This document shows, one piece after another, positions 39,001-51,000 of a stretch of DNA of 64,000 nt. The first letter of the stretch is position 1; the number at the start of each line of letters is the position of its first letter. Where the stretch lies: contig CM022665.1 in NCBI GenBank assembly GCA_012295275.1, positions 35,340,001 to 35,404,000 on the forward strand. The letters are read 5' to 3'. Position numbers and translations under genes: made by a program. The DNA is from Chrysomallon squamiferum. Its lineage: Eukaryota; Animalia; Mollusca. The notes below the pieces were generated by a model. It was not told where the DNA came from and searched no databases. It worked only from the letters and a program-made list of their open reading frames with translations.

Positions 39001-42000
39001 TATTTTTTGCAGTATTAATAATTTCTTTAAGTTTCAATACATTTACTTAGAAAAGAAATGGTTAAATTAGAACCTTGATTATAATTTCAAATTTCATTGT
39101 AATTGTAAGTCACAATCTCATATGAATGATTGCATAATTATAACTCAGTACTTTTTAAATTAATTATTAACTGTTGGCAGTTAAATTTTTTAACAGTGTT
39201 ATCAAGGTGAAAATCCAGTGTGTTCACACTTTGGGTTATCCAATCTTTTTTATCAATGTGTCATCTTTCTGAGTGATGAAGTAGTCTGAGTGCTGCTAAC
39301 TTTTGTTCCAACCCAATAAAAAACCAAAAGAAATAATCACTTGATTTTTATACCAAAAGATAAAAAAATAAAAAATTTAATAAAATTATAATAATAATAA
39401 TTATTAAAGGTTTGAGCAAAAATGATCATAAATATAATATTCCTAATTAATTACAAAACACACAGCTGAAATGGACAGTATTTTGTATCTATATAGATAT
39501 ATTTTTATTTCTTGTTTTTTTAGTGAATATCCCTTTGCAGCCAGAATGGTTGTTTCAGAGACCATCACTTACAATGGATTTTATGGTTGGAGTTGATGGA
39601 CCACAAGATCAGGTAATGTGCTTTATTTTATTTATTTATTTTTTTGAAGTTACATAAATGTTAGATTTCTAGTGTAAATGAATAAAATGAATAAAAGAGT
39701 TTTAAATACATGTATTACACAAAATGTATCCACATGCTTCACTAAATAAATGGGTACTGTTGTTCAGATTATGCTTTTCTAGTTGAAAATATCTAAAACT
39801 GTTAAACATCATAGCAGAAACAGTTAATGCAGTATGAGATAAATGCAAAGACATATATAAATTTCAGCATTTTTATATCAGTTGTAATTGGATTATCAGT
39901 GTTTTATCAAGCTTTGCATTTATTTAAGAAAACTAAACTGAATTTGTGTTTCTGTACAGTGTAACTGTATACTATTAAAATAATTTATACTTACATGAAG
40001 TATTTTTTTGTTTATTTCAGAACATTGTTTCCCTTGGAACTCTTCCCCTAGCCCTTCAGGAGCGAGCCATTTTTGATGACATTTTGTTCTGTATGCAGGT
40101 TTGTTTTTGAAAAATTCTTCATGTGAAAAATATGTCTTTAAAATATGTAAACTGTTAAAATGTTATTCATAAAGCGAAATATAAATCCAAAAATAAATTT
40201 TTGTGTCAGATATTTTCTTGGAATAGACAAAAAATACATTTTTTTATCCATATAAATATATATTGCAAGTGCATATGTTTTTAAGAAATTCTGTATTTAA
40301 TAAAAGTAAGTCTTTAAAACAAAAAATATTAAAATGTTATTCATGTAAAGAAATTCAAAATAAACTTTTATGTCTGATATTTTCAGGGAATAGAAGGGAA
40401 ATACATTCTTGCCAGAGCTCTGACAGAGAGATACGCTCCTAAAGAATTCATGATAGACCAGAGTTTGGGTAATATGTTTGTTACATACCTTTCATGATGT
40501 ATACAAATGGCTTGTGCACATATTGAAATGTTTCAAATAAATGATACTTGTGATTATAATAATGCATGTTGATGAAATAATATGATTCATGGAGCCTAAT
40601 TTTTTAAAATGATGATTTTTTTGGATATAAAAAAAAATTAAAAAAAAAATTAAAAAGGGTAGTTTAAGGTTTAATAGCATTTTATTCTGTAAAGCTATCA
40701 GTATATTCATTAGTTTATTTATTAAGTTGGAATAGTTGTAATGTGTCTTTTTGATGTAATTATTTAAATGGAATATAATTGTATCTTCATTTAGTCAATT
40801 TTATAACATTTGTTTTCAGATCCTTCATTACAGGAGCTTGTAAAAAGAGTCCTGCCTTTGTGTTCCAATTATTCTACTGTTGTAAGGTTTATAGAAGGTA
40901 TGAATTGTGTTCAGAATCAACACCAGAATTCTGTCAGAGCATTCAAAGCCTTTTTTTTTTCCACTTTTTAATTTTCCTCCAAATTACTGATTAACTGCCT
41001 TAATAGAATTTTAAATACCTTATTTATTTGTATATTTTTTTGCACTTCTGTTGATTTTTGTTAAATATGGTTTATTGATAATGTAGAATTCTCAGTATTT
41101 AATATATTTTAATGGACAAAAAGAGATAAATAGTTTTTGTTTTTAACTTTTAAAAATCATCTGTTTTTGAATAATCTCTCTCTCTTTTTCAGAAAAAGCT
41201 GCTTTTGAATATGGTCTTGTAAATCATGCTCTGACTGCTGCCATGCGGACTTTGATAAAGGTATAGATCTAAATTAAACTCTGGAATACATAGGATAAAA
41301 GAATCATCAAAACCTTTTATTTTTTCAGAATTAAAAATTAAATCCAAACTAAATCAGTTCCCAAAATGTGTTTAATATTTAATACTTTAGAGATTACAGG
41401 TTTATTCCATCTTTTCCTTTTTTTTAAACTTTAAAAACTGAATATCTGATAGTTTTCATCACTGTCATTATCAACATTATTATTATTATTATCTATGCTG
41501 CTATGCTATTATATATTTACTTTCAGGAATACATGGTGTTAGTGGCCCAGCTTGAACATGAATTTAGAGTGGTGGGTCATTTTAATATCTCTATTTCAAG
41601 TTTTTTAAACTTAAAGTTGCATATTTTAATATACATATTTCAGTCTGATAATTATAGGGTACAATCATAGGTTTATTCCCGATTCTGGCAGTGAGATTAT
41701 AACACATCTTAATTGGACACGCCAGTTGTTCCATTTCTGGCATTTTATTTCTCACCCTTACTAATTGGTCTTCCATCACCTTAATTGATGTACTTTTGTC
41801 CACAATTTGTAGGACAATCAGTCACACTCTACACAAGAAATGTTCCAGAAAGCACTCCACCGCAAGCTTACAAGTAGGAAGTGTGTCCTGGGTACACGTG
41901 AAGTACTCCAATCCCAGCTGGAAGAGCTTGTGCTTGTTTTCTTCGGTGCGGCAGGACTTCCTTGGTTTCTGTCCATCTTCCAGCTGCAGCATATGGGCTT

Positions 42001-45000
42001 CCTTGTTGGCGTTCTCTGACTTGAACAAGAGAATCAGCTTGTATATGTTCATGTGTGATTTCACTCCTCTCTTGGCCAACCTGCTGTTGTAACCTTCATC
42101 TCTGCTCTTCACTGCTCATTAAAGTTAATCTCGTTAATCACCCCCTCTGTTCTTCATGCCTCTAAATTAGCCTTAATTGCTCACACCAGTTTTCCCATTT
42201 CTGGAAGCAGATTATAACACCTCACCGATTACATAATCTGGAGACTGTCAGTTCTGGGAACATACCAAATCAAATGATACTTTACAATCTAAACTGTGGT
42301 AATTACACTTGATTTAACAGTAAATTATTTCTACAACTTAATAATATACTGACCATATGCCAACATTTTATTTATGTATGTAGTAAATTATAACTAGAAA
42401 ATATTGGTTTAGAAGTAACTGATAAAACTATTCATTATAGTTGAAAGATTATAACAGTATTAGATAATGTTGGCTGGCTGGCATTTATGATACAAACACT
42501 GAAAATGATGGATAAAATTAAATGTTGTAAAATAAAAAATATAATTTTATATCTGAAATGTGAAATTAATGCAAATCACAATATTAATGTGACAAATTAT
42601 ATGGTGTTGTTTGAATTATTAGTATAAAAATTCATTTATTTATAACAGCCCATCTCCATAAAATAATTTAAAAAAATTAAAATTAAAATGTCAAACAGGT
42701 ATTATGAGAGTACAGTCACAGAGAGAGACTACTTCCATTAATTTAATGTCGCATTTTCAGTTGACCTTTGCCAATCTAAATAATTTAGTGCTGTTTTAGT
42801 TTCGTAATTTGCAGTGTGTAATTTAGATAATTGGTAATGCATGTACCAAAGTTATATTACACATTTATACTTATTATTTTATTAAAAAGAGATCTATCTG
42901 ACCATTTTTCTACATTTTATTTCTAGGGTGACTTGACTCTGCAGAAACTCTGGTTTTACCTTCAGCCAACAATGAGAACATTGGAAATTTTGGCCTCCAT
43001 TTCCAACTCCATCAATCGGGTTAGAATATTTGTCTTGTTTAATTATGTTGTAGAATTTTGCATTAAACGTTTTATTATTTCTCAGTAAATATTTAATATT
43101 TTTCTATGAATCATATTAAATTACTCATTGTTAGTGCAGGCAATATATCACACTGTTTCACTTCTTATGGGTTGATGCCATCAGTTTTACAATTTTGCTT
43201 CTGTGTGGTTGTGCAAAACAGTTTCCATTTTGGTACTAAAAAGTTACTTAAAGATATAATGATGCTACTGTTTATCAAAGAACAGTGTGCATTTAAATGA
43301 AATTTATATAAAATTAAGAAAACTAGTTAATTTTCATTCAGTAGATTTACTTTTACCAAGACAAAGAAAACAGAGATCCTGTCAATAACAGATGTAGATG
43401 TACTTGGCCTTTAAGAAATTACTATCTGTAATGAAATAATTAACAACTGTTACTGTTCACATTTGCTTTTATAAAATGTTTATATTTTTGTTTCGATTTG
43501 TGAATTTTCAGTTTTTTTATATTAACAGGGTGAATGCATTGGTGGTGCTGTTTTGAGTTTGCTTCATGAGAAAACATTAAATCTCATTGGGTAAGTATTG
43601 GTTAAGTTTTATTTTCTAAATTTTTTATATGTTGAAATTTAATCTGAATGTATAATCTCTGTCTTTTCAAGGTAGTTACATTAATAATTAAAAAAAATTA
43701 AAAACATTAATAATTATCAGAGAAAAAGTCTGAAAGTTTCATTTGGCAGGGAATAAACTTTTAAAATAACATGAAAGAAAAACGCTTAAGCTTCAGCTAT
43801 GTATACGATTATTTTACAGTGCTTCTGGGAACAGTTCAAGCATGCCTGTCATGTTATGATGGTATAATCTAGTTTATGTTGTTAGACTTTTTTTTTTTTT
43901 TAAATTTAAAATTATAATAACATTATGGATCTATATTGTTTTCAGAGATGCAAAAAGTCAGGAACTTTGTTTATATCTGACTCAGTCTGTAAGTGATTAC
44001 TTTACATTTCTATATATAATTTTACTTCATATTTCTGTATGTATAATTTGTCCTTTTGATTGGTTTAATAAAAGTTTCGAGGTATTAAATACTGATCTGT
44101 AATAAATATTAAGAATAATATTTATCTGTCGATTTTACCTTTTACTTTTATCTTTTTTCAGATGTAATTAAATTAATTATTGATAAAAGTAATTTAGAAA
44201 TTTAAAAATCTGCAGTTCTTATCTATAGGTCATTATTGTTAGTTATTTAATTATTTATTTATTTATTTGTTTGTTTGTTTTTGTATTTTCTCAGGCTTGT
44301 GCTCCTTATTTTGAGATTTTAGAAAAATGGATTTATAAAGGAATCATTTCTGACCCATATTCTGAGGTTTGTTTGATGTTGTCTACAATTAACTACTTGC
44401 AAAATGACTTTAAAGATTCTCAGGATTTTTTTTTAATGTTTTTAATCAGAATCCTGAATTAAAAGCTATGCTCTGTATTATTATTTTTTTTTTTACTCTA
44501 TATGAATAATTGAAAGGAGTAGCCTAGATATGGCAATAATGGATTTTCTTATCCCATCATTACACAGTATTCAGGTGTTTCATAATGTTAATATTTAAAT
44601 GAGTTGAGTTTTTTCAAAACCAATGTTTAATGGCTTTTTGAAAATCGTTTTAATGAAATTTTTATATCTTTATCATAGCTTGTGATACTGTTGACTTCTA
44701 TACTGAAATTTGACTTGTTTGTTTTTTAGTTTCTTGTAGAAGAGAATGAAACAATTCAAAAAGAAAAACTGCAGGAAGATTACAATGATGCATATCCTTG
44801 ATTTTAAATTTACTTACATTATGGAAATCAGAGAAAAATATAAAATTACAAAAATGTAGTTTTGAACAGGAATTTTACAGATTGATATAGAGTTTGTAGA
44901 ATTATTTTACTTTCCTTGACCATACATACATATTGGGAACAACATTACACAATATGTCGAGAGAGAATCCCTGTGTTCTTGGAACAAGTAGCTGATAAAA

Positions 45001-48000
45001 TACTGAACACTGGAAAATATCTGAATGTTGTCCGACTCTGTGGTATGACTTTATTTATTAACACTGATATAAAATATAAATACAACAAAACAAGCAGCAT
45101 ATACAATGCAAGAAAACCAAAAAGCATAACATAAAAAATTAGTTATAAAAAACATAGACGGACTTGGATTATTATTTTGTTTTAATTGTACTTTTTTGGT
45201 AAACATCTGAACATTACTCTGTATATGTGCTGATATAATAATATTCTCTCCATAGTTCACTGATGCCAATAGCAAGTTCATTCATTATTTTATTTTTTAT
45301 CAAGTAGAATGTAGTTTACTGTGGTTTGGTTAACTTTCATATAATAATTTTTTTATTTACCAAGAAGTGTTGGATATAATTTTGCATTTATACAACTTAC
45401 ACAGGTCATGATGTGAAGTGTCCATGTGCACTTGAAATAGTTTATACGCTGAAGGAAAGGAGGTATTATGATCAGATAGAGAAAGCCTACTGCTATGCTA
45501 GCAAACTTCTTCTTGATCTACTGATGGATGAAAAGGAGCTAATGAGCAGAATCAGGTATGCAGACTATTATTGTGATTGTAGCTGGTATGAAATATTACT
45601 TTACTTAGTGCTTCTGTTTGTAATCTTAATTTTAATATTTCACATGTATTCATCTGAATTTCCATCTTTAATTATTAAAAGAAGTAATGACTAAGTAGAA
45701 AAAACTGTAATGAAAATCCAGACAGCTGCAGTGTTATTGCTGCAAATTTGAGTGTTTTTTAAATATGCTGATATAGAATAATATCTGTATTAATTTTATA
45801 TATTTCTCTAAAATAATCTTCATTTTTCATGAAAGAATTCTTACTTATATCTCACCAGATTTGTTAGCATTATATCTTGCTAAATTTTAATTAAAATTCA
45901 TTACGTTTGTTAAATGAATATTCTTTACCTATTCATGAAGTAATCATTATTTCTGAAAACCTTACTTAATTCAGAAATAATTAAACTGATATTCTTTGAT
46001 ACGTCTATGAAGCTTTACTTCTTTCAGAAATACCTTTCATAATTCTAAAACTGATGTTAAACAATTCTTGTTTTCTTTTCAGATCAGTGAAACATTATTT
46101 CTTGCTGGACAAGGGAGACTTCATTGTGCAGTTCATGGACATGACAGAGGAGGAAATGAAACAGAACATTGATGATATCCTTTTATTTTCAGTCTTAAAT
46201 TTATTTCTCTGTCATATTTTTAAAACTATTTTAAAACTGATGAAAAATAACTGTAAAACATAAAATACTTCATAGTTGAACTAATGCCAAAAATATGTTT
46301 ATGCCACTGTTGCATTAATTTGATAGTGCATTTATTTTTATTAAAAAGGCCCAAAATAACCAAAGTGGAGAAATAGATGAACTTAATCAACAAGAGTGTA
46401 ATTCTCACAACGTATTAAGCACTACAAAAAAAAGAATAATTTGACCCATTCATTTAGTCAGCACATGAAACATTTTTATTTGTTCTCTTAGTTTTTTTCG
46501 CTCAAGTGAGCACATACATTCTAGGGAACATCCACTTGTCTTGCATTTACATATGTGTGTAAAGTGAAAAAAATTAACGTGCTAATCAGTGCAAGCTGTT
46601 GTGAAGCACGTAACATGTCATACAGACTTGCTTTTATCCAACCCTGTTTGATACAGTCCTTGTCTTTCTTAACGCAGTCAAAACAATTCACAGTGCAGTG
46701 GTTTTAGGATACTAATACTTAAATCAACACTGGAGTTTTTCTTGCTTTTAAAATTGCTTGCCACTGGATTGTCATACTAGTTGGTGAACTGTTGTTTTAG
46801 TGCAGACTTGTAATCCATTAGCTGAACTTCTCTCTCTAACTGGCTAGAATGAATGCACCTCAAAAGAAGCAGAAAAAATTATTTCTGTTGTATTAATTAA
46901 CACATGCATTTCTTGCAAAGGACACATTGTTTTATACATGCATTAATTACATAATTAACAGAATATGAAGCATTATCTTTAACACTTCATCACATATTAT
47001 GATAACCAGACTGGAATCTCTGCTAGAACTGGCTCTTAGAACCAGTACAGCAAATGTGGATCCCTTTAAAGATGATCTGAAGTAAGTGTTAAATCAGTTT
47101 AAAAAAATCATTTCCATTTATATTCTACTTTATAAATTCTTTGTTAAATTACATATTATTTTTACTGTTTTAGTCACTGTTTCATAGTGACCTGGTAGGA
47201 AAGAAAAATTAAATTTCTGGGAAGATAATTTATGTAACAGTCAATTTCCATGTTGATATAATTTGTATAACAAATCGTTCTTTCTCTGTAAATTATTTTT
47301 ATGAATCTTTAGTAATGTAGATAATTAGGTAATAATTGATATTCTTTTCTAAACCTGTAGAAAATTTATGTAATAAACAGGATAATCTTTGCTAAATTGT
47401 TTTAGAAATGAGAAGTATTTTGAAAGTTGTAAAATATATTTTTTTTCACAGGGTTGACCTTTTACCTTTTGACCTGATAACACAGCTCTTTAAGATTTTG
47501 TCCATTGACACTAAGATGGAAAAAGGTATTTCCTTTTAAGTAGAAAATAAGCAAAAGTAAACTGTAAAGTAAAAATTTTAAAGGTTATTTTTCAGTTACC
47601 ATTTTTATTGTACATATTTTATATATTTTGCCAGACATGTTCATGCATATAAATAATATATACATGTTTATGTTATGTGTCTGTTAATAAAACTGCATTA
47701 TCTTTAGCTAATAATGAGGGTAATAATAATAAAATGTAATGGATATTATATTCAAATACCATTTACATTTGAATCAGTGGTGGGTCAGAGGCTTCAGAAT
47801 GTGACTGCTTAGAGATCAATACTTTAATCATTTCATATTTTTCCAGACTACAGAGTTGATCCTACAGACCTGCATCTGTCAGGTCTGGAGTCCTTTTCCT
47901 TTGATTACATTGTGAAGTGGCCTGTCTCACTTGTACTCAATAGAAAGGTATTTAATTATTCTCTTTTTTGGTTTTTGTTTACTGTGTAGTAATCAGTGAT

Positions 48001-51000
48001 ATGTGCTGTTGTGATTCAAGAATATAATAAATAATAGCTCTGTGTAGTAACTGCCTTTGTACAGTTATAACACAGCAATGTGATTTCTTTAAAATATAAA
48101 TTTTTAAAATAAATTAAATTGTTAACAAAGTGTATTAATTTTCACTTAATTAGTGAAATCACATTTGTGGTGATAATTCTTGTTGTATCTGCTGTATCTG
48201 TTCCCAAACAGTCAAAAACTATATGACAAGTGTTGACTTTTGTACATTTATCTTCTCAAGTTCCTTTGGTTCACATATTGATAGATGTGTTTTTTTCTTT
48301 CTTTTCTTCTCTCTGTCAGGCTCTAATACGATATCAGATGCTGTTTCGACATTTGTTTTACTGTAAACATGTTGAAAGACAACTCTGCAGGTAGGTTTGA
48401 TTTTTAATAGCAATAGAGTGGTGTCATGACTATTAAGTTTGCTGCATATTAATTTTACTAGCTGTATATAGCTAGCAGTTATGTTGTATTTTTCTTACGT
48501 ATTCATACAAACATCATATCTATATGTGTACATAAGAAACATATGGATGGATATAACTGAATCAGAAATATATAACTCAGTTCTGAATGACTATTTATAA
48601 ATATATACTGAAACTGGACTGTTATCTGACTTTAGTTTTGGTTTTTGATAATTAGAAATCATTAATAGAATAATTAACTTCATATTTTTATGTTAAAAAG
48701 TAATTATTACAGATGTTAAGTAGATCAAAATAATGTTTTGTTTTAAAATTTTCATTAGGGTTCTGTCATTAAAGAGGTAAGATGTTCTTAGAATAATATT
48801 GAGCTCTGGCATATTATTATAGTATAAATGTTCTATTCAGTACACAAAATTACTTGTATGAGGTTTTAGTGTATGATGATTCACTTGTGTGAAATAGGAA
48901 AGAGAAAAAAATCACAGTAATACATGTATTATATATTCACAGTGATACATAATTCGTATAATGATGTATTAGAGATACAACTGTTACTCAGATTGATGAA
49001 ATAGAGAGTGGTACAGTGATCCAAAACACAGAAGTTGAATTTAATGTCCAGAATCAGAAACATCATCCATAAATTAAAACTATTTATTGGGACAGATTCA
49101 TCAGAAATGTCCAAGCATTTATCTAGTTTATTTTGTTTATTTTGACATACCTGAAAATGTAGCACAGTTAAGTTGTATTCATTTAGCATCCTGTAATCAT
49201 AATATAGTTATGTGTCTCAAAGAAATGTTTCTTTGATTTTTGAATATTCACTAAATTAAAATTCTTTTAGAAGTTTGTTGCTTATTGCTTTATTAATATG
49301 ACACAAAATGTAGATATTTCATACATTAACATTTTTTTTTGGTAGTTTGATTCACATAGAATATTAAAATATTCTTTCCTGACATTAAATTAGTACTTTA
49401 ATTTTGTTTTTTAAATTTTTTGTGTGTCCTTAGTTTTCTGCTGTCTTTGAAAAGACATTAAATCTCACAGAGAATAATAACAATTAAAAAAAATATATTA
49501 GATTTATTATTTAAAAGTAAAATGGAGAAAACTTTTGAAACAATAAATAAAACAATTCTGATGGCAAGACTAGCATTACAAAACAATCCAGATGATACTG
49601 GGAGGAAGTGATGGTATTTAATTTCTTTACAGATGTATGAATCAGGTTTCATTTTAACATATTGACAACAGATGATGGTCAGTGATTGTACAGCCACAAT
49701 GAACACATAATTATTATCTTCTTAAAACAAAATACACAGAGACTGGAACAAATATATCCTTGTCAACATACATCTTATAGGTTTGTTTATTTTACATTTC
49801 AGTGTTTGGATTGGCAATAAATCTGCCAAAATGTACACTCTTCAGTCATCATGCTGGTATTCTGCTGCATTTGCACTGCGTCAGAGAATGCTGAACTTTG
49901 TACAAAACTTTGAGTACTACATGATGTTTGAAGTGATTGAACCCAACTGGCAGACTTACCTGCAGAACATAGATGCAGTATGTAATCAGACAGTATTTGC
50001 AGTATTTGCAGTATTCCAGTTTCAGTAACTATAGCAGTATGAAGACAAAATATATTCTTCAAATAAAAATGTTTTATGTTAATATCCATTTTTTTTGTTA
50101 AACTTTTAAAATTTACTTACCTTTTCACATACTGATCATCATTCAGACGTAAGGATATGTAGTTAATTAAATAAACCTTTGTTAATCATAGAACACTATT
50201 TAGAAATTAGAACAAAAATGGCAATGTTATTGAGTTCATCATTAAATAAAAAATATTTTTTGTTTTGTCCAGGCTTCTAATGTAGATGATGTACTAGCCT
50301 ACCACACAGATTTTCTCAACAACTGTCTCAAAGACTGCATGCTGACAAACCCAGACTTGCTGAAAATTGTACACAAACTCATGATGGTTTGTGTGACCTT
50401 TTCCAACTTTATCATGGTAAGTTTCACACGGTTCAATTTTATCATGTACATTTTTATTTCTACCATTTTATAATAGTAAGTGTAACATTATCAAATTGAA
50501 TTTGGTATTATCTAACTTTATCAAAATATATTATCTCCAACTTTACCATGATCAATGCAGCTTTATTAAATTTTACCATGTCAGATGTACATTACACTTT
50601 GGCATGGAAAGTGTAAAATTATTAAACTTTATCAGTGTGATCTCCATCTTTATTAAACTATATCATTCTAATTGTGTCGTTATTAAACTTTACCATAGTA
50701 ACTATGGCATTAAACTGTATGATGGTAAGTGTAATTTTATTAAGCTTTTTTGTAGTAAATGTAGTGTTATGACTCCAAAATTAAATAATTTCTACACTTC
50801 AAAGGGAAATTCACCCTGTTAATAAAGGTAAGTTTTGATCCAAACACATAGGTAGGATCAATCTTCCTGTGTGTGCTAGTTAGAATATATAAGAAATACC
50901 TAATGTTTGATACTGTGTAGAAATTACTGTGGTTTCTTTATTGTTTATATGTTTTAAAACTAACTTATCTGCTTTCAGCGTTTGAACCAAAGTACCTCCG

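Noticed and set aside
39200-39292. CTGA-GTGATGA-CTGA arrangement suggesting a C/D snoRNA
   Set aside because: No convincing 5' C box or terminal stem, and no recognisable antisense element.
50496-50822. 108-aa ORF with repeated IKLYH motif
   Set aside because: Translation of the intronic junction-derived minisatellite; no ATG start.
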